Shown here in pieces: positions 43,467 to 54,049 of a DNA stretch of 64,000 nt (positions are counted from its first letter, which is position 1; every line of letters starts with the position of its first letter). Location of the stretch: positions 1,760,001 through 1,824,000 of the forward strand of contig OY970061.1 of the NCBI GenBank assembly GCA_963705255.1, given 5' to 3'. This DNA is from an uncultured Methanoregulaceae archaeon (GTDB lineage Archaea; Halobacteriota; Methanomicrobia; Methanomicrobiales; Methanospirillaceae). A model generated the notes under the pieces. It searched no databases and was not told the DNA's origin. It was given only the letters and a program-made list of their open reading frames with translations. The translations under genes and the position numbers were made by a program.

Positions 43467-44357
43467 TTATTTCCCGATCCTGACCAGCATCTCTTCGAGG
43501 GACGGGTACCGTGACTCGATCTTCTCCACCCTGCCGCCCGCTTCCGTGATGACTGCCGTGCACTCATTGAGCCCGGTCATGTCCTCCGCCTCGCAGATAA
43601 AGAACCCTTCTTCCTGCCGGTAGGGTTTCGAGTGGCCGTGCATCTTCCCAGGGTCATCGATGGAGAAGAAGACCGCATAGGTGATCGAGCCGAACTGTTC
43701 GCGGAGTTCCTTCATGCTCCCGAAGGCGACCATCCTGCCGCGCCTGAGGATCATCACCTTGTCGCAGATCGCCTCCACCTGGTAGAGGTTGTGGGCCGAG
43801 AGCACGATGGTCTTGCCGTCCTCCTTAAGCCTGCGCAGGTAATCGGCTATGAACCGGGACGTCATCGGGTCGAGCCCGCTGGTCGCTTCGTCGTAGACCA
43901 GGAACGTGGGGTCGTGGATGAGCGAGCGGGCTATCGCGGCCTTCCGCTTCATGCCCTTTGAGAACTCACCGATCTTCTTGCCATTGGTCTCGAGCGAGAG
44001 CGCCGCGAAGAGCTGGTTCGAGCGGACCCGGATCTCCTGCGGGGAGAGCCCGTAGATCTCGCCGAAGAAGGCCAGATAGCTCTCGGCCGTCATGGTCTCG
44101 TAGAGCCGGGATTCCTCGGGCAGGTAGCCGAGGTTCTCCTTGAGGGCGGCCGGGTTCTTTACCACGTCGATATCGTTGATGAACAGTTCCCCAGACGAGG
44201 GGGTGATCAGGCCGGATACGATCTTGAGGAGCGTGGTCTTGCCTGCGCCATTGTGGCCGATGATCCCGAAGATCTCGCCGTCCTCGAACTCGAAACTGAC
44301 GCCGTCGAGCGCCATGAAACCGTCAAAGTCCTTTGCCACGTTGCGGGCAGTGATCAT
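43467..44357 (-). CDS. ABC transporter ATP-binding protein
   Basis: GHNGAGKTT, FSKGM, YDEATSGLD, H-loop. Confidence 0.92.
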   Translation of the reverse strand: MITARNVAKDFDGFMALDGVSFEFEDGEIFGIIGHNGAGKTTLLKIVSGLITPSSGELFINDIDVVKNPAALKENLGYLPEESRLYETMTAESYLAFFGEIYGLSPQEIRVRSNQLFAALSLETNGKKIGEFSKGMKRKAAIARSLIHDPTFLVYDEATSGLDPMTSRFIADYLRRLKEDGKTIVLSAHNLYQVEAICDKVMILRRGRMVAFGSMKELREQFGSITYAVFFSIDDPGKMHGHSKPYRQEEGFFICEAEDMTGLNECTAVITEAGGRVEKIESRYPSLEEMLVRIGK

Positions 44358-44558
44358 GGTTGGCCGCCTTACCGATCAGACTTGCTCCGGTATGGTGATA
44401 TACATTGCCATGGGGACAGGTTTTTACACCCCCGTGTCCACCGGCACCGATGGGTTTTTGATGGATACCCGGTATTATTCTGTACCCAGCCTTGCACGCT
44501 GCCCCGGCCCGGGAATGGCAGGAGCAGCAGACTGCGGGCATCACGGAGAATACCGGTC

Positions 44559-46367
44559 ATGGGCATGCTTGCCGACATTGCCACTATCGCGCGGTGGGAA
44601 GTGAAGAAGTCCTTCTCGCTCATGGGACGGAACGTCCTGCCGGTTGCCGTGATATTTTTCGTGCTCCTCGTGCTCGTGACCGGTTTTACCGCCCAGACCG
44701 GCCTCCACCTGCAGGACGGGATGTACACGGTAGGTGTCGATGACCCGCAGGTCGGGGCACTCCTTGCAAGCGACGCCCGGTTCTCTGTCTATGTCATGGA
44801 CGCCCCGTCCCTGTCCGCACACCGCGACCAGTTCGACGTCATCGTGGTCCAGGGCAGGGCAGCCGGGAGCGGGACCGAGAAGGCGAACTCGGCCCTCAAC
44901 ACGCTCTCGCGGGGCTATGCAAAGTACGTCAACAGCGTCTACGACAGCGAGAGCGATCTCTTCGCAGCCTATCCCCTCTGGATCGATACCCAGAGCGTGA
45001 CGAGCGAACTCACGTTCCTCTCCACCCAGAGCGGCCAGTACGTGAGCGCTGCCCCGGGGCGGGCTCCCCCGGTGCCGACCGGTGTCGTGCAGAACGTCCC
45101 CACCCCGTCGCCGACCCTCTCGGTGACCGAGGACCAGCTCAGGCAGGAACTCGTGCAGTCCAATACCCAGAACACGCAGATCTCGCGGTACACGGACGTC
45201 CTGTCCTCCGGCAACCCGGCGATGGGCACCTTCAAAACCCCGTCCCAGCTCTCGCCTCCCCTGCCCTTTGACTCGATCATCCTCGTCTTCGTCTTCATCT
45301 TCCCGCTCTACTTCACCTCCCAGTTCTTCATGATGAGCATCATGAACGAGAGGATCGAGCGCAAAGGTGAGGTCCTGCTCTCAACCCCGGTCAGGACTGC
45401 CTCCATCATCCTCGGCAAGATGCTCCCGTACTTCCTCGGCATGGCCGCCATCTGTGCCGGGCTCACCCTCTACCTGAAGGCATCGCCCCTCATCCTGCTC
45501 CCGCTCATCCCGATCATCTTCTTCTTCCTCGCAAATGCCCTCCTGATCGGCATGCTTTCCAGGAGTTTCAAGGAACTCTCGTTCATCTCGATCTTCTTCT
45601 CGACTGTGGCCACCTCCTACCTCTTCTTCCCCAGTATCTTCGCAAACGTCCACATCATCAGCCTCATCTCCCCGCTCACCCTCATCGTCCTCACCCTGCA
45701 GGGCACGGCATGGACTGCGACGGACTACCTGTACTCCACCTCGCTCTTCTGGCTGACGAGCGCCATCCTCTTCTATATCGCGGCAAAGAACTTCAAGGAA
45801 GAGCGGCTCTTCTCCGAGAAGCGGCTGCTGACCCGCGCCCGGGAGTTCCTCTCGGAGATCCTGCCGCGGGAGCACCCGTTCCTCTCGCTCTTCCTCCTTG
45901 CCGGCTTCTCCATCCCCTTCGTCTTCATGGTGCAGATGATGTGCCTCGTCCTCTTCTTCAACCTGCCCATGCCCTGGTCGCTCGTCTTCCTGCTCCTCTT
46001 CGCGGCGCTCATCGAGGAGATCGCAAAAGGGATCGGGATCTATACCCTCTTTGTCAGGAACCCCGCATTCTTCACATGGAAGAACCTCGCCCTTGCCTGC
46101 GGGGCGACCGCCCTCGGGTTCCTTGCGGGAGAGAAACTACTCCTCTTCGTCACGCTCTCGCAGATCTCCGACTCGGTCTTCGGCAGCATCCTCTTCCTCT
46201 CGCTCGGGTCCCTCTGGCTCCCGTTCCTCCTCCACTTCGGTTGCGTGCTGATCGTTGCCTGCTGCCTGAAATACGGGGGGAGGAGATGGTTCGTCCCGGG
46301 CCTCCTCATCGCGATGCTCGTGCACTGCCTTTATAACCTCTATTTCATCCTGGGGTGGCTCTCGTGA
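44559..46367 (+). CDS. ABC-2-type permease fused to a PrsW-like membrane domain
   Basis: ER..RKGEVLLSTP..IILGK permease motif; C-terminal EEIAK..GF..E..H..HxxYN. Confidence 0.75.
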   Translation: MGMLADIATIARWEVKKSFSLMGRNVLPVAVIFFVLLVLVTGFTAQTGLHLQDGMYTVGVDDPQVGALLASDARFSVYVMDAPSLSAHRDQFDVIVVQGRAAGSGTEKANSALNTLSRGYAKYVNSVYDSESDLFAAYPLWIDTQSVTSELTFLSTQSGQYVSAAPGRAPPVPTGVVQNVPTPSPTLSVTEDQLRQELVQSNTQNTQISRYTDVLSSGNPAMGTFKTPSQLSPPLPFDSIILVFVFIFPLYFTSQFFMMSIMNERIERKGEVLLSTPVRTASIILGKMLPYFLGMAAICAGLTLYLKASPLILLPLIPIIFFFLANALLIGMLSRSFKELSFISIFFSTVATSYLFFPSIFANVHIISLISPLTLIVLTLQGTAWTATDYLYSTSLFWLTSAILFYIAAKNFKEERLFSEKRLLTRAREFLSEILPREHPFLSLFLLAGFSIPFVFMVQMMCLVLFFNLPMPWSLVFLLLFAALIEEIAKGIGIYTLFVRNPAFFTWKNLALACGATALGFLAGEKLLLFVTLSQISDSVFGSILFLSLGSLWLPFLLHFGCVLIVACCLKYGGRRWFVPGLLIAMLVHCLYNLYFILGWLS

Positions 46368-47442
46368 AGGCAAAACACCTGTCCATCATTGCAAAGAAGG
46401 AATTCCGCGGACTATTCAACGAGCGGACGATCCTCCTGGCCGTTCTCCTCCAGCTCTTCATCGCCCTCTTCTCCTCGTTCCTGATGGTCGGGCTCACCTC
46501 GATGTACGACCCGTCATCGCTCTCCCGGGTACCTCCCACTTCCGGTACAATGTCGCTTACGCGGGCAACGATTCCGATGTGCTGGTCTCCCTCCGCACAA
46601 GCCCGGACTTCCGGGTCTATAAGATGGACCTCTCCACGGCAGTGGCTGCTCTCGGGCAGCGAAAGCTGGCGGCGGTGATCTATGTGCCCGATACCCGGCC
46701 GGACGCTGCGGACCCGGTCAAGATCACCCTCTACACGCTGGAGAACGATCTCCAGAGCGCCATTGTCGATGTGAAACTCAAGGATGTTTTCCTGAGATAC
46801 GAGAGCACCCTGCGGCAGGTCCGGGCGGACCGGCTCGACGAGCGGCCGCTCCCGCTCCAGGTCCCGTCATCGACCGGCGGCGACTTTTACGAGTTCGTGT
46901 ACGGCCTGCTGATCCCGCTCCTGGTCTTCATGCCGGCGATCATCTCTTCCGCTCTCGTCATCGACCTGATCACCGAGGAGTACCAGCACGAGACGCTCGA
47001 GACGCTCGTATCCACGCCGGTCACCTTCACCGAGATGGTCTGGGGGAAAGTGCTTGCCTGTGAACTCCTCGTGCCCATCCAGGCGGGCGCATGGCTGGTC
47101 CTCCTGATGATCAACGGCATCGCCATCCAGAACCCGGGCCTGATCCTCCTCAACGTGGTCGTCACTTCGCTCATCCTCATCCTCCTCGGGACCCTGACCG
47201 CCCTCCACTACCGCGAGCGGACGGCAGCCCAGTTCATCTTCTCGACGGGGCTGGTGATCGTCATCCTCCTCTCTCTCGCCCTGCCTTCGAACCCGCTCAA
47301 CCTCCTCGCCCGGCTCGCGGTCGGCTCTGCGGGCCCGGAGCAGTGGGTCGTGCTCGGCATAACCACCGTGGTGCTCCTCGTGCTCGGGTATACGACCCAG
47401 AAATACGCGGAAAAGATCGCGGGATCGGCCCACGCAGGATAA
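46364..47442 (+). CDS. ABC-2-type permease (frameshift near 46530)
   Basis: IIAKKEFR, EEYQHETLETLVSTP..MVWGK. Confidence 0.8.
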
Positions 47443-47461
47443 ATCTGAAGACTGCCGGGAC

Positions 47462-47941
47462 TTACATGGAGGGAAGAACCAGCGGGCGGTCGATGACTTT
47501 GTAGGTCCTGCCGGCGCTCGTGACGAACACCTCGGCCCGGTCGTTGCCCCGGGTCCCTTCCATCACCAGCTCGTCCCCACGCTGCGGTTTCCTGCTGCCA
47601 TTATCCATGTATTCCTCGGTGACCTGCCCATTGGAGCGGGTGACCCTCATCATGATGCTCTGGACAGCGATCTCGCCTTTTCCTCCGTTGTAGAGGAGGT
47701 GGATCGAGGAATCCGGGCGTTCCTTTGAGAGCTCGAGGCTGACATACTGCTCCTCGGGCAGGGTCTCGACAGGCACCGGTGTTGATACGACGGATGCGGC
47801 TGATGCTGGCAGGGATGACGGCGTTGGCGTGAGGGTGATCACCACAGGCGTGATCCCGTCCTGGGTCGGGCTGGTGCACCCGGCAGAGAGCGCACACAGA
47901 ACCAGGCCGAACACGACGGTGAAGAGGAGGAGATAGTTCAT
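47462..47941 (-). CDS. Putative lipoprotein
   Basis: LSAGC lipobox, Pro/Thr linker. Confidence 0.65.
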   Translation of the reverse strand: MNYLLLFTVVFGLVLCALSAGCTSPTQDGITPVVITLTPTPSSLPASAASVVSTPVPVETLPEEQYVSLELSKERPDSSIHLLYNGGKGEIAVQSIMMRVTRSNGQVTEEYMDNGSRKPQRGDELVMEGTRGNDRAEVFVTSAGRTYKVIDRPLVLPSM

Positions 47942-48137
47942 GAAGAGATCTGGTATTGTTCATATTACTGATTTGTGCTCCGGTCTCCTTCCACCCTAGA
48001 CGTTCGGGAACCACGGTTCCCGGCGCAGAGCCGTACCGGCATCCGCGGGTCCCGGGAAAAATCCGTTAAAAAACAGGAAAGAACAGTTAAATTAAAAAGG
48101 ACACCCGGATTAAGTTTACATATCAGGAGTAAATGGA

Positions 48138-48743
48138 ATGTTCTGTCCAAAATGTGGAAAAGAGACTGATGCTTCCGGGAAATTCTGCCAGTGGTGCGGG
48201 ACTGATATTGAATCAATTCCGGCAAAACCCGTCGCCACTCCTGAAGAGGACGAGGGGCCCGAGATCGGGGTGTATGCGGGGCTGGGCAGGCGCTTTATCG
48301 CATTCATTGTGGATATGATTCTCGTCCTTCTCTCGGGAGGGATCGTCATCGCATTCTTCTCCCTGACCAACGGCCTGAAATATGCCTATTTCATGACGGT
48401 CAGCGGGGTCAGTTACCATGACATCACCGAGGCAGGTACCCTTGATGCGGCACTTGCGCCGGTGGTTGCCGCATTCGGTATGCTGATCATCGTTGTCCCG
48501 TGGCTGTACTTCGCCGGGTTCGAGTCCTCCCGCAGTCAGGCTACCCCCGGGAAAGTACTCATGGGCCTGAGGGTGACCGATATGGATGGGAACAAACCGG
48601 CGGTCGCACGGACGACACTCCGGTTCTTCGGGAAATTCATATCGACCCTGATCATCTTTATCGGGTTCCTGATGATCGGGTTTACGAAAAAGCACCAGGG
48701 TCTCCACGACAAAATTGCCGGCACGGTTGTCCTGCTGGACTAG
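48138..48743 (+). CDS. Zn-ribbon + RDD family protein
   Basis: CPKCG..CQWCG; RFIAFIVD, QATPGK, QGLHDKIAGT. Confidence 0.88.
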   Translation: MFCPKCGKETDASGKFCQWCGTDIESIPAKPVATPEEDEGPEIGVYAGLGRRFIAFIVDMILVLLSGGIVIAFFSLTNGLKYAYFMTVSGVSYHDITEAGTLDAALAPVVAAFGMLIIVVPWLYFAGFESSRSQATPGKVLMGLRVTDMDGNKPAVARTTLRFFGKFISTLIIFIGFLMIGFTKKHQGLHDKIAGTVVLLD

Positions 48744-48953
48744 GCACCTCAATAGAATACTTTTTTTAATTTTTTCCTGCGCTGTTCACGGCTGAATATT
48801 CCCGTACTCTTTTCAGGCTTTTGAGAAATCCTGTTTGGATAATTCAAAAGATCTGGCGTTATAACGAGGGAATTGCTGGCTCGGAAGAAATCATATTTTT
48901 CAATAAATCAGCTTACTATTTCAGATGATTATGAGAATGACCCCTCACTTACG

Positions 48954-49098
48954 TCGAAGAACTCTGATGAGTTCTTCTTATCCTCGAGGTCCTGATGAAC
49001 CTCTTCGAAAATCGAAGAATCCTTGCGGATTCTTCTCCAGTCAATCCTCGCTGACGCGACGATTGACTCCTCGGAGAGGCCCTGATGCGGGGGCTCTC
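48954..49098. repeat. Multi-hairpin dispersed element
   Basis: GAAGAACTC-TGAT-GAGTTCTTC, GAAGAATCC-TTGC-GGATTCTTC, AGTCAATC..GATTGACT; first 42 nt match the reverse complement of 61610..61651 at 39/42. Confidence 0.75.
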
Positions 49099-49224
49099 GT
49101 ACCTAAACGATTTTCATAGTTCTGAAGTGATCACGATTTAATTCATGTTCTTTTCTGCAGAATTCTTTTTTCCATCTCCTACTGCATCCCACAAGCCTGA
49201 TACCGTGTTCCCGTTAAAACCAGG

Positions 49225-49482
49225 TCACTTGTACCGGATCTTCAGGCCGAGCAGGACGATAACCAGGACAAACGTGATCAGGTTGGCGGAGATGATGGGC
49301 ATGGAGGCGACCCAGAGACCATAGACCGTCCAGAAAAGGATGCCGATACCGAAGAGCACGAGCATGGCAAGCGAGAGGTCCCGGGTCTCCCCCAGCTTCC
49401 AGGCCTTCACCACCTGCGGGACAAATGCGATCGTGGTGAGAGCTCCGGCAAGATAGCCGACGAGTCCGATTGTGTCCATCAT
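49225..49482 (-). CDS. SemiSWEET/PQ-loop transporter
   Basis: LTTIAFVPQVVK..TRDLS..YG..PII.AN. Confidence 0.88.
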   Translation of the reverse strand: MMDTIGLVGYLAGALTTIAFVPQVVKAWKLGETRDLSLAMLVLFGIGILFWTVYGLWVASMPIISANLITFVLVIVLLGLKIRYK

Positions 49483-49565
49483 AAGCCTCCGGAATTATTG
49501 ATCCTGAACTGATTTATACCGTTGGCGTGCCCGGACCCGGTCTGCCGGGGGCTGTCCGGCAGCTT

Positions 49566-49973
49566 TCATCCCGTGACAGGCTCGGACGAGAACTGGTCGG
49601 CGACAACCAGCCACCGCCCCTTTTCCTTTACCAGGAAGAACATGTCACGGCCCTCTATGGCCTGCACCTGCCCGCCCGTTTCGAACCTGATCGTGAACAG
49701 ATAGGTTGCAACCGCACATTTTCCCGAAGCGAAGATCTGCACGTGATGATCCCTCTCACTCCATGACTGGATCTTCGCTGCCGCTGCAAAATCCCGCCAC
49801 CCGGCAACATAGGCCTCCTTTCCTTCCAGCCGGCCGGGCGCAGACGGTACGATCGCTACGGCGCCGGTATGGATATACGACCGGAATTCCTCTTCGTTCC
49901 ACGATCCGGTCCATGCCCGGTTCATCTTCCGGATGGTTGTGATAATTTCGCGGGTCAGTGCTGCGTCATCCAT
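49566..49973 (-). CDS. NTF2-like (DUF4440/SnoaL) protein
   Basis: G.EAY..W, GRDMFFLVKEKGRWLVV. Confidence 0.72.
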   Translation of the reverse strand: MDDAALTREIITTIRKMNRAWTGSWNEEEFRSYIHTGAVAIVPSAPGRLEGKEAYVAGWRDFAAAAKIQSWSERDHHVQIFASGKCAVATYLFTIRFETGGQVQAIEGRDMFFLVKEKGRWLVVADQFSSEPVTG

Positions 49974-50060
49974 AACAGTTCCCATCATACCAAGGGAGCG
50001 CCAGCTCAAAAAGCCCCCGGGTGCATGGCGCGAAAGTGTTGGTGAAAATGCCGGGGCGGA

Positions 50061-50660
50061 TCAGGCAACGGGGGGAAAAGTCCTGCGGGCGATCTTCCGA
50101 ACCTCGGCAAGCCATGCCCGCCGCTGGTCGTCAGTGCTGGTGACCATGACCCCGAACATCTTCCGGTGACAGGCAGGGATGCCGCAGAAGGAGACGATGC
50201 AGTCCTTCCAGATCCGTTCGAGGGGATCGCCGAACACGTCCAACTCCCGCCTGTGGGGGGTGTTGGACGTATTGAAGACCAGTACCGCCCGGGCATGGAG
50301 AAGACCATCCGGGATGCCTTCACCGGAATCCGTTTCGCTGAAACGGTACACGACACCGGGACGGAGCACGCGGTCCACCCAGCCCTTCAGGACTGCCGGT
50401 GGCATCCCCCACCAGTCCGGGTGGACGAAGACAATCCCGTCGGCTTCCGCGATCTCCCGGCAGTGCAATGCGACAGCAGCGGGGAGCACGGCACCCCGGG
50501 GGATCTCTTCGCAGGGCAGCATCGGGTCGAACTTTTCTGCATACAGGTCATGGAACAACACCTCATGGCCCGCTTCCGCGAGGGTGTCAGCGGCAGTCCC
50601 GGCTATGGCGTGGTTGAAACTCCCGGGGCAAGGGTGGGCGAGGATAATGGATATTCTCAT
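50061..50660 (-). CDS. NAD(P)H dehydrogenase (quinone), flavodoxin-2 family
   Basis: AHP..SFNHA, DLY..FDP, PDWWGMPPAVLKGWVDRV. Confidence 0.88.
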   Translation of the reverse strand: MRISIILAHPCPGSFNHAIAGTAADTLAEAGHEVLFHDLYAEKFDPMLPCEEIPRGAVLPAAVALHCREIAEADGIVFVHPDWWGMPPAVLKGWVDRVLRPGVVYRFSETDSGEGIPDGLLHARAVLVFNTSNTPHRRELDVFGDPLERIWKDCIVSFCGIPACHRKMFGVMVTSTDDQRRAWLAEVRKIARRTFPPVA

Positions 50661-51484
50661 GGACCGGTCCTGCGGGGGTACTTTCGTGCGGTCGCCTTGA
50701 AGAACGTGTAACAGAAGACGCCGTCCGGTTCGCAGGTGCGGTAGAGAGCCCGGATGCCCCGATCCCACGCTTCCCTCTCCATCAGCCCCTGCTTCAGCAC
50801 TTCGTCCCGGACACCTTCGACCATGGCGGTGAACGTCTGTTTCGTAAAACCTTCCACAAGGGCCGGGCGGGAAGAGTCCACGTACACCATGCGTGGTGAG
50901 ACGTGGACGTCTCGGTATCCAGCATCCAGGAGGAGGGGATAGAGCTCTCTCCCTACCAGCGCATTGCCGCCGATGTCCTGCTGGAGCCTGACGAGGCACC
51001 CGACAGCCTCATGAGCATCGGCATTGTCAGGGTGGAAAAACGTTGACCCGTGATCCCCTTCGATGACCGTGATCGTGCCACCGTCTTTCAGGAACGGGCG
51101 GAGCTGCCTGAGCGCACGCCCGGGGTCTGCAAGGTGTTCGAGCACGAAACAAACGAAGATGTGGTCGAAACTCCCGGGTGGAAACGGAAGGCTGTAGATG
51201 TCCCCAACCCGGAACGTGACATTGGTGATCCCTTCATTCCGGATACGTGCTTCCGCCCCCCGTATCGATTCCGGCGAGATATCGACCGAGGTTATCACGG
51301 CACCGGGGCTGTTCCGTGCAAGGATGACGGTCTGGGCCCCGATCCCGCACCCGGCTTCCAGCACCTGAGAGCCCGCGGGGTAGCGGGTGTCATCGTGCAG
51401 GAGGGCAGTAAGGGCTCCCGCCTGGTCCGACAGGCGCTCCGATTCGCGGGTGGAATAACCGTGGACATAGCGGTTTTCGGGCAT
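50657..51484 (-). CDS. Class I SAM-dependent methyltransferase
   Basis: YVHGY..E..RL..QA, VLEAGCGIG, FDHIF..FVLEH. Confidence 0.88.
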   Translation of the reverse strand: MPENRYVHGYSTRESERLSDQAGALTALLHDDTRYPAGSQVLEAGCGIGAQTVILARNSPGAVITSVDISPESIRGAEARIRNEGITNVTFRVGDIYSLPFPPGSFDHIFVCFVLEHLADPGRALRQLRPFLKDGGTITVIEGDHGSTFFHPDNADAHEAVGCLVRLQQDIGGNALVGRELYPLLLDAGYRDVHVSPRMVYVDSSRPALVEGFTKQTFTAMVEGVRDEVLKQGLMEREAWDRGIRALYRTCEPDGVFCYTFFKATARKYPRRTGP

Positions 51485-51796
51485 ACGATCTTCAATGTTC
51501 CGGGATGGTGATCCGCAGGCAGGAACCTGCCATACAGAATTGCCGTACAAACTTGGTATTCAATGCACAAAAATGTGCTGTGTTGTTGGGATACCAGACC
51601 CAGGATAATTATGATCTTTCCGAGGCCGGACAGGATGGAAAACGGGATGATTGAGACGTTAATAAAGCAGGTTTTCCAAAAAATTACTGGGACCAGGTTC
51701 CCATTGCTTTCAAGGGCCAGTTACTGATAGTAATTGTTGCCTTATGATTATCATACAATTCGATGAAACCAAGATTTTAATTGTTGAGTAAAAGAA

Positions 51797-51869
51797 GGCC
51801 AGGGCCGAGATTCGAACCCGGGTCGGAGGATCCACAGTCCTCTAGGATAACCAACTACCCTACCCTGGC
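51797..51869 (-). tRNA. tRNA-His (GTG)
   Basis: GCCAGGG acceptor stem, anticodon arm GAGGA-CTGTGGA-TCCTC, T-loop GGTTCGAATC. Confidence 0.95.
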
Positions 51870-52120
51870 AGATGTCCCTTTTACATTGATTCCGGACTCT
51901 GATTAATGTATCCTTGCAAAACCCGGCTCCGCGCTGCCGGCCGGCGCCGGACCATGCAACTGCCATCTGCGGTCAGGGTGATAATTAATAGGGTCAGACA
52001 TCCATTAGATATCAGGTGGCTCTGAACACTTTTTCCAGAACGTGAGGCGCAGCACGTCGGTGGCGGTGCACCGGGGATCGCGGATTCCCCGTTCAGAGCG
52101 GGAACGAGGGGTGGCAGGTT

Positions 52121-53899
52121 ATGGCGGAAAACCCGAAGATCAGGACACCGATTGTCTGTGTCATGGGTCATGTGGATCATGGCAAGACCTCGCTTCTCGA
52201 CCGCATCCGGGGATCGTCTGTCGTGAGTTCCGAAGTGGGGGCGATCACCCAGCATATCGGGGCAACGATCGTACCTATCGATGCTATCCGCACCATGAGC
52301 GGGACGATGGGCAAAGTCCCGATCAATATTCCCGGTCTGCTGTTCATCGACACCCCGGGACACCATGCATTCACCACCCTGAGGGCACGCGGCGGTGCAC
52401 TTGCCGATATGGCGATCCTTGTCGTGGATATAAACCAGGGATTCCAGCCACAGACGATTGAGGCCCTCCAGATCCTCAGGAACTGCCGCACGCCGTTTGT
52501 CATCGCGGCGACCAAGATTGACCGGATCCACGGCTGGCGTGTGAACGAGAACGAGTCGTTCCTCGGATCATTTGCAAAACAGAACGAGCGGGTCAGGAGC
52601 GATGTTGAGAACAAGACCTATGAAATCGTTGGAAAGCTTGCCGAACTCGAATTTTCTGCAGACCGGTTCGACAGGGTCACCGATTTCCAGCGCAACCTTG
52701 CCATTGTGCCGGTGAGCGCCCACACCGGCGAAGGCATTTCTGACCTGCTGCTGGTCATGATCGGACTTGCCCAGCGCTACATGGGCGACGAGCTCAAACT
52801 CTTTGTCGAAGGGCCCGGGGCCGGGACCGTGCTCGAGGTCAAAGAAGAGCGCGGCCTCGGGACGACCCTCGATGTGATCCTGTACGACGGAACTCTCGCT
52901 ATCGGGGACGAGATTGCCGTTGCCACCCAGAACGGTGTCGTGGTGACGAAGGTGAGGTCGCTCCTCAAACCACGGCCGATGAAGGAGATACTGGTCGAAG
53001 ACCGGTTCGAGCGGGTGAAATCGGTTGCGGCTGCGGCCGGGATCAAGGTCACCGCCCCGAACCTTGAAGGAGTCATCGCGGGATCCCCGTTTTTTGTCAT
53101 CCGCGGCAACCGCGAAGAGATCGAGGAGAAGATCAAAAAAGAGATGACCGAGATCCACGTGACCCTTGCCGATGAAGGCATCGTCATCAAGGCAGACACC
53201 ATCGGCGCACTTGAGGCACTCTGCAAGGAACTCGAGAGCAAGGAGATAGGCGTGATGCGGGCGGAAGTCGGGGCGGTCAGCAGGCACGACCTGATCGAGA
53301 CCGAGACCATCAAGAACCCGATGTACCGCGTGCTCCTCTCGTTCAACACTCCCGTCCTGCCGGACGCGGCCGATATGATCAAAAATCCGCTCTACACCCA
53401 GATGAAAGTCTTTGAGGGAAGGGTGATCTACCAGCTGATCGACCAGTATATCGCATGGCGTGACGAGCAGAAAAGGCTCCAGGAGAAACAGCGGTTCGAG
53501 CATGTTGTCATGCCAGCCAAGATCCGGCTCCTCCCGGACTGCGTATTCCGCCAGAGCAACCCGGCGGTCGTTGGCGTGCGGGTACTGGGCGGCAAACTGC
53601 GCAGCGACGTGGGGCTGATCAAGACCGATGGCAAAAAAGTAGGACACCTCAAGACCATGCAGCTCAGGCAGGAAGCGATACGGGAGGCCGACGCCGGTCT
53701 CGAAGTTGCAATCTCGATCGAGGGCGCCACAGTCGGCCGTCAGGTCAGTGTCGGCGATGACCTGTTCGTGGACATCCCGGAGCGCCATGTCAAAGTTCTC
53801 GAGAAGGAGATGCTTTCTACCCTGAACGTGAGTACGCAGGAGATTCTTGCGGAGTTTACGACGATGCGCCGGAAAGCCGATCCCTTCTGGGGCAAATAA
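52121..53899 (+). CDS. infB: Translation initiation factor IF-2 (aIF5B)
   Basis: RTPIVCVMGHVDHGKT, DTPGH, FRQSNPAVVG. Confidence 0.96.
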   Translation: MAENPKIRTPIVCVMGHVDHGKTSLLDRIRGSSVVSSEVGAITQHIGATIVPIDAIRTMSGTMGKVPINIPGLLFIDTPGHHAFTTLRARGGALADMAILVVDINQGFQPQTIEALQILRNCRTPFVIAATKIDRIHGWRVNENESFLGSFAKQNERVRSDVENKTYEIVGKLAELEFSADRFDRVTDFQRNLAIVPVSAHTGEGISDLLLVMIGLAQRYMGDELKLFVEGPGAGTVLEVKEERGLGTTLDVILYDGTLAIGDEIAVATQNGVVVTKVRSLLKPRPMKEILVEDRFERVKSVAAAAGIKVTAPNLEGVIAGSPFFVIRGNREEIEEKIKKEMTEIHVTLADEGIVIKADTIGALEALCKELESKEIGVMRAEVGAVSRHDLIETETIKNPMYRVLLSFNTPVLPDAADMIKNPLYTQMKVFEGRVIYQLIDQYIAWRDEQKRLQEKQRFEHVVMPAKIRLLPDCVFRQSNPAVVGVRVLGGKLRSDVGLIKTDGKKVGHLKTMQLRQEAIREADAGLEVAISIEGATVGRQVSVGDDLFVDIPERHVKVLEKEMLSTLNVSTQEILAEFTTMRRKADPFWGK

Positions 53900-54049
53900 G
53901 CGTATCCGGCCGGCAGGGAACGCGAGGGTTTAATAGCGTACCGGTATAATAAAATGGGTATTTCTCATGGGTAGGCGAATCTGCCGGCAGCCGGAGATGT
54001 GAAACAAGACCCTTCGGGTTTTCTGGATAAATAGACGGAGCAAACAGAA

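Noticed and set aside
48960-49012. Hammerhead ribozyme (CTGATGA...GAAA)
   Set aside because: CTGATGA lies within simple hairpins; no stem II/III or cleavage-site geometry can be formed
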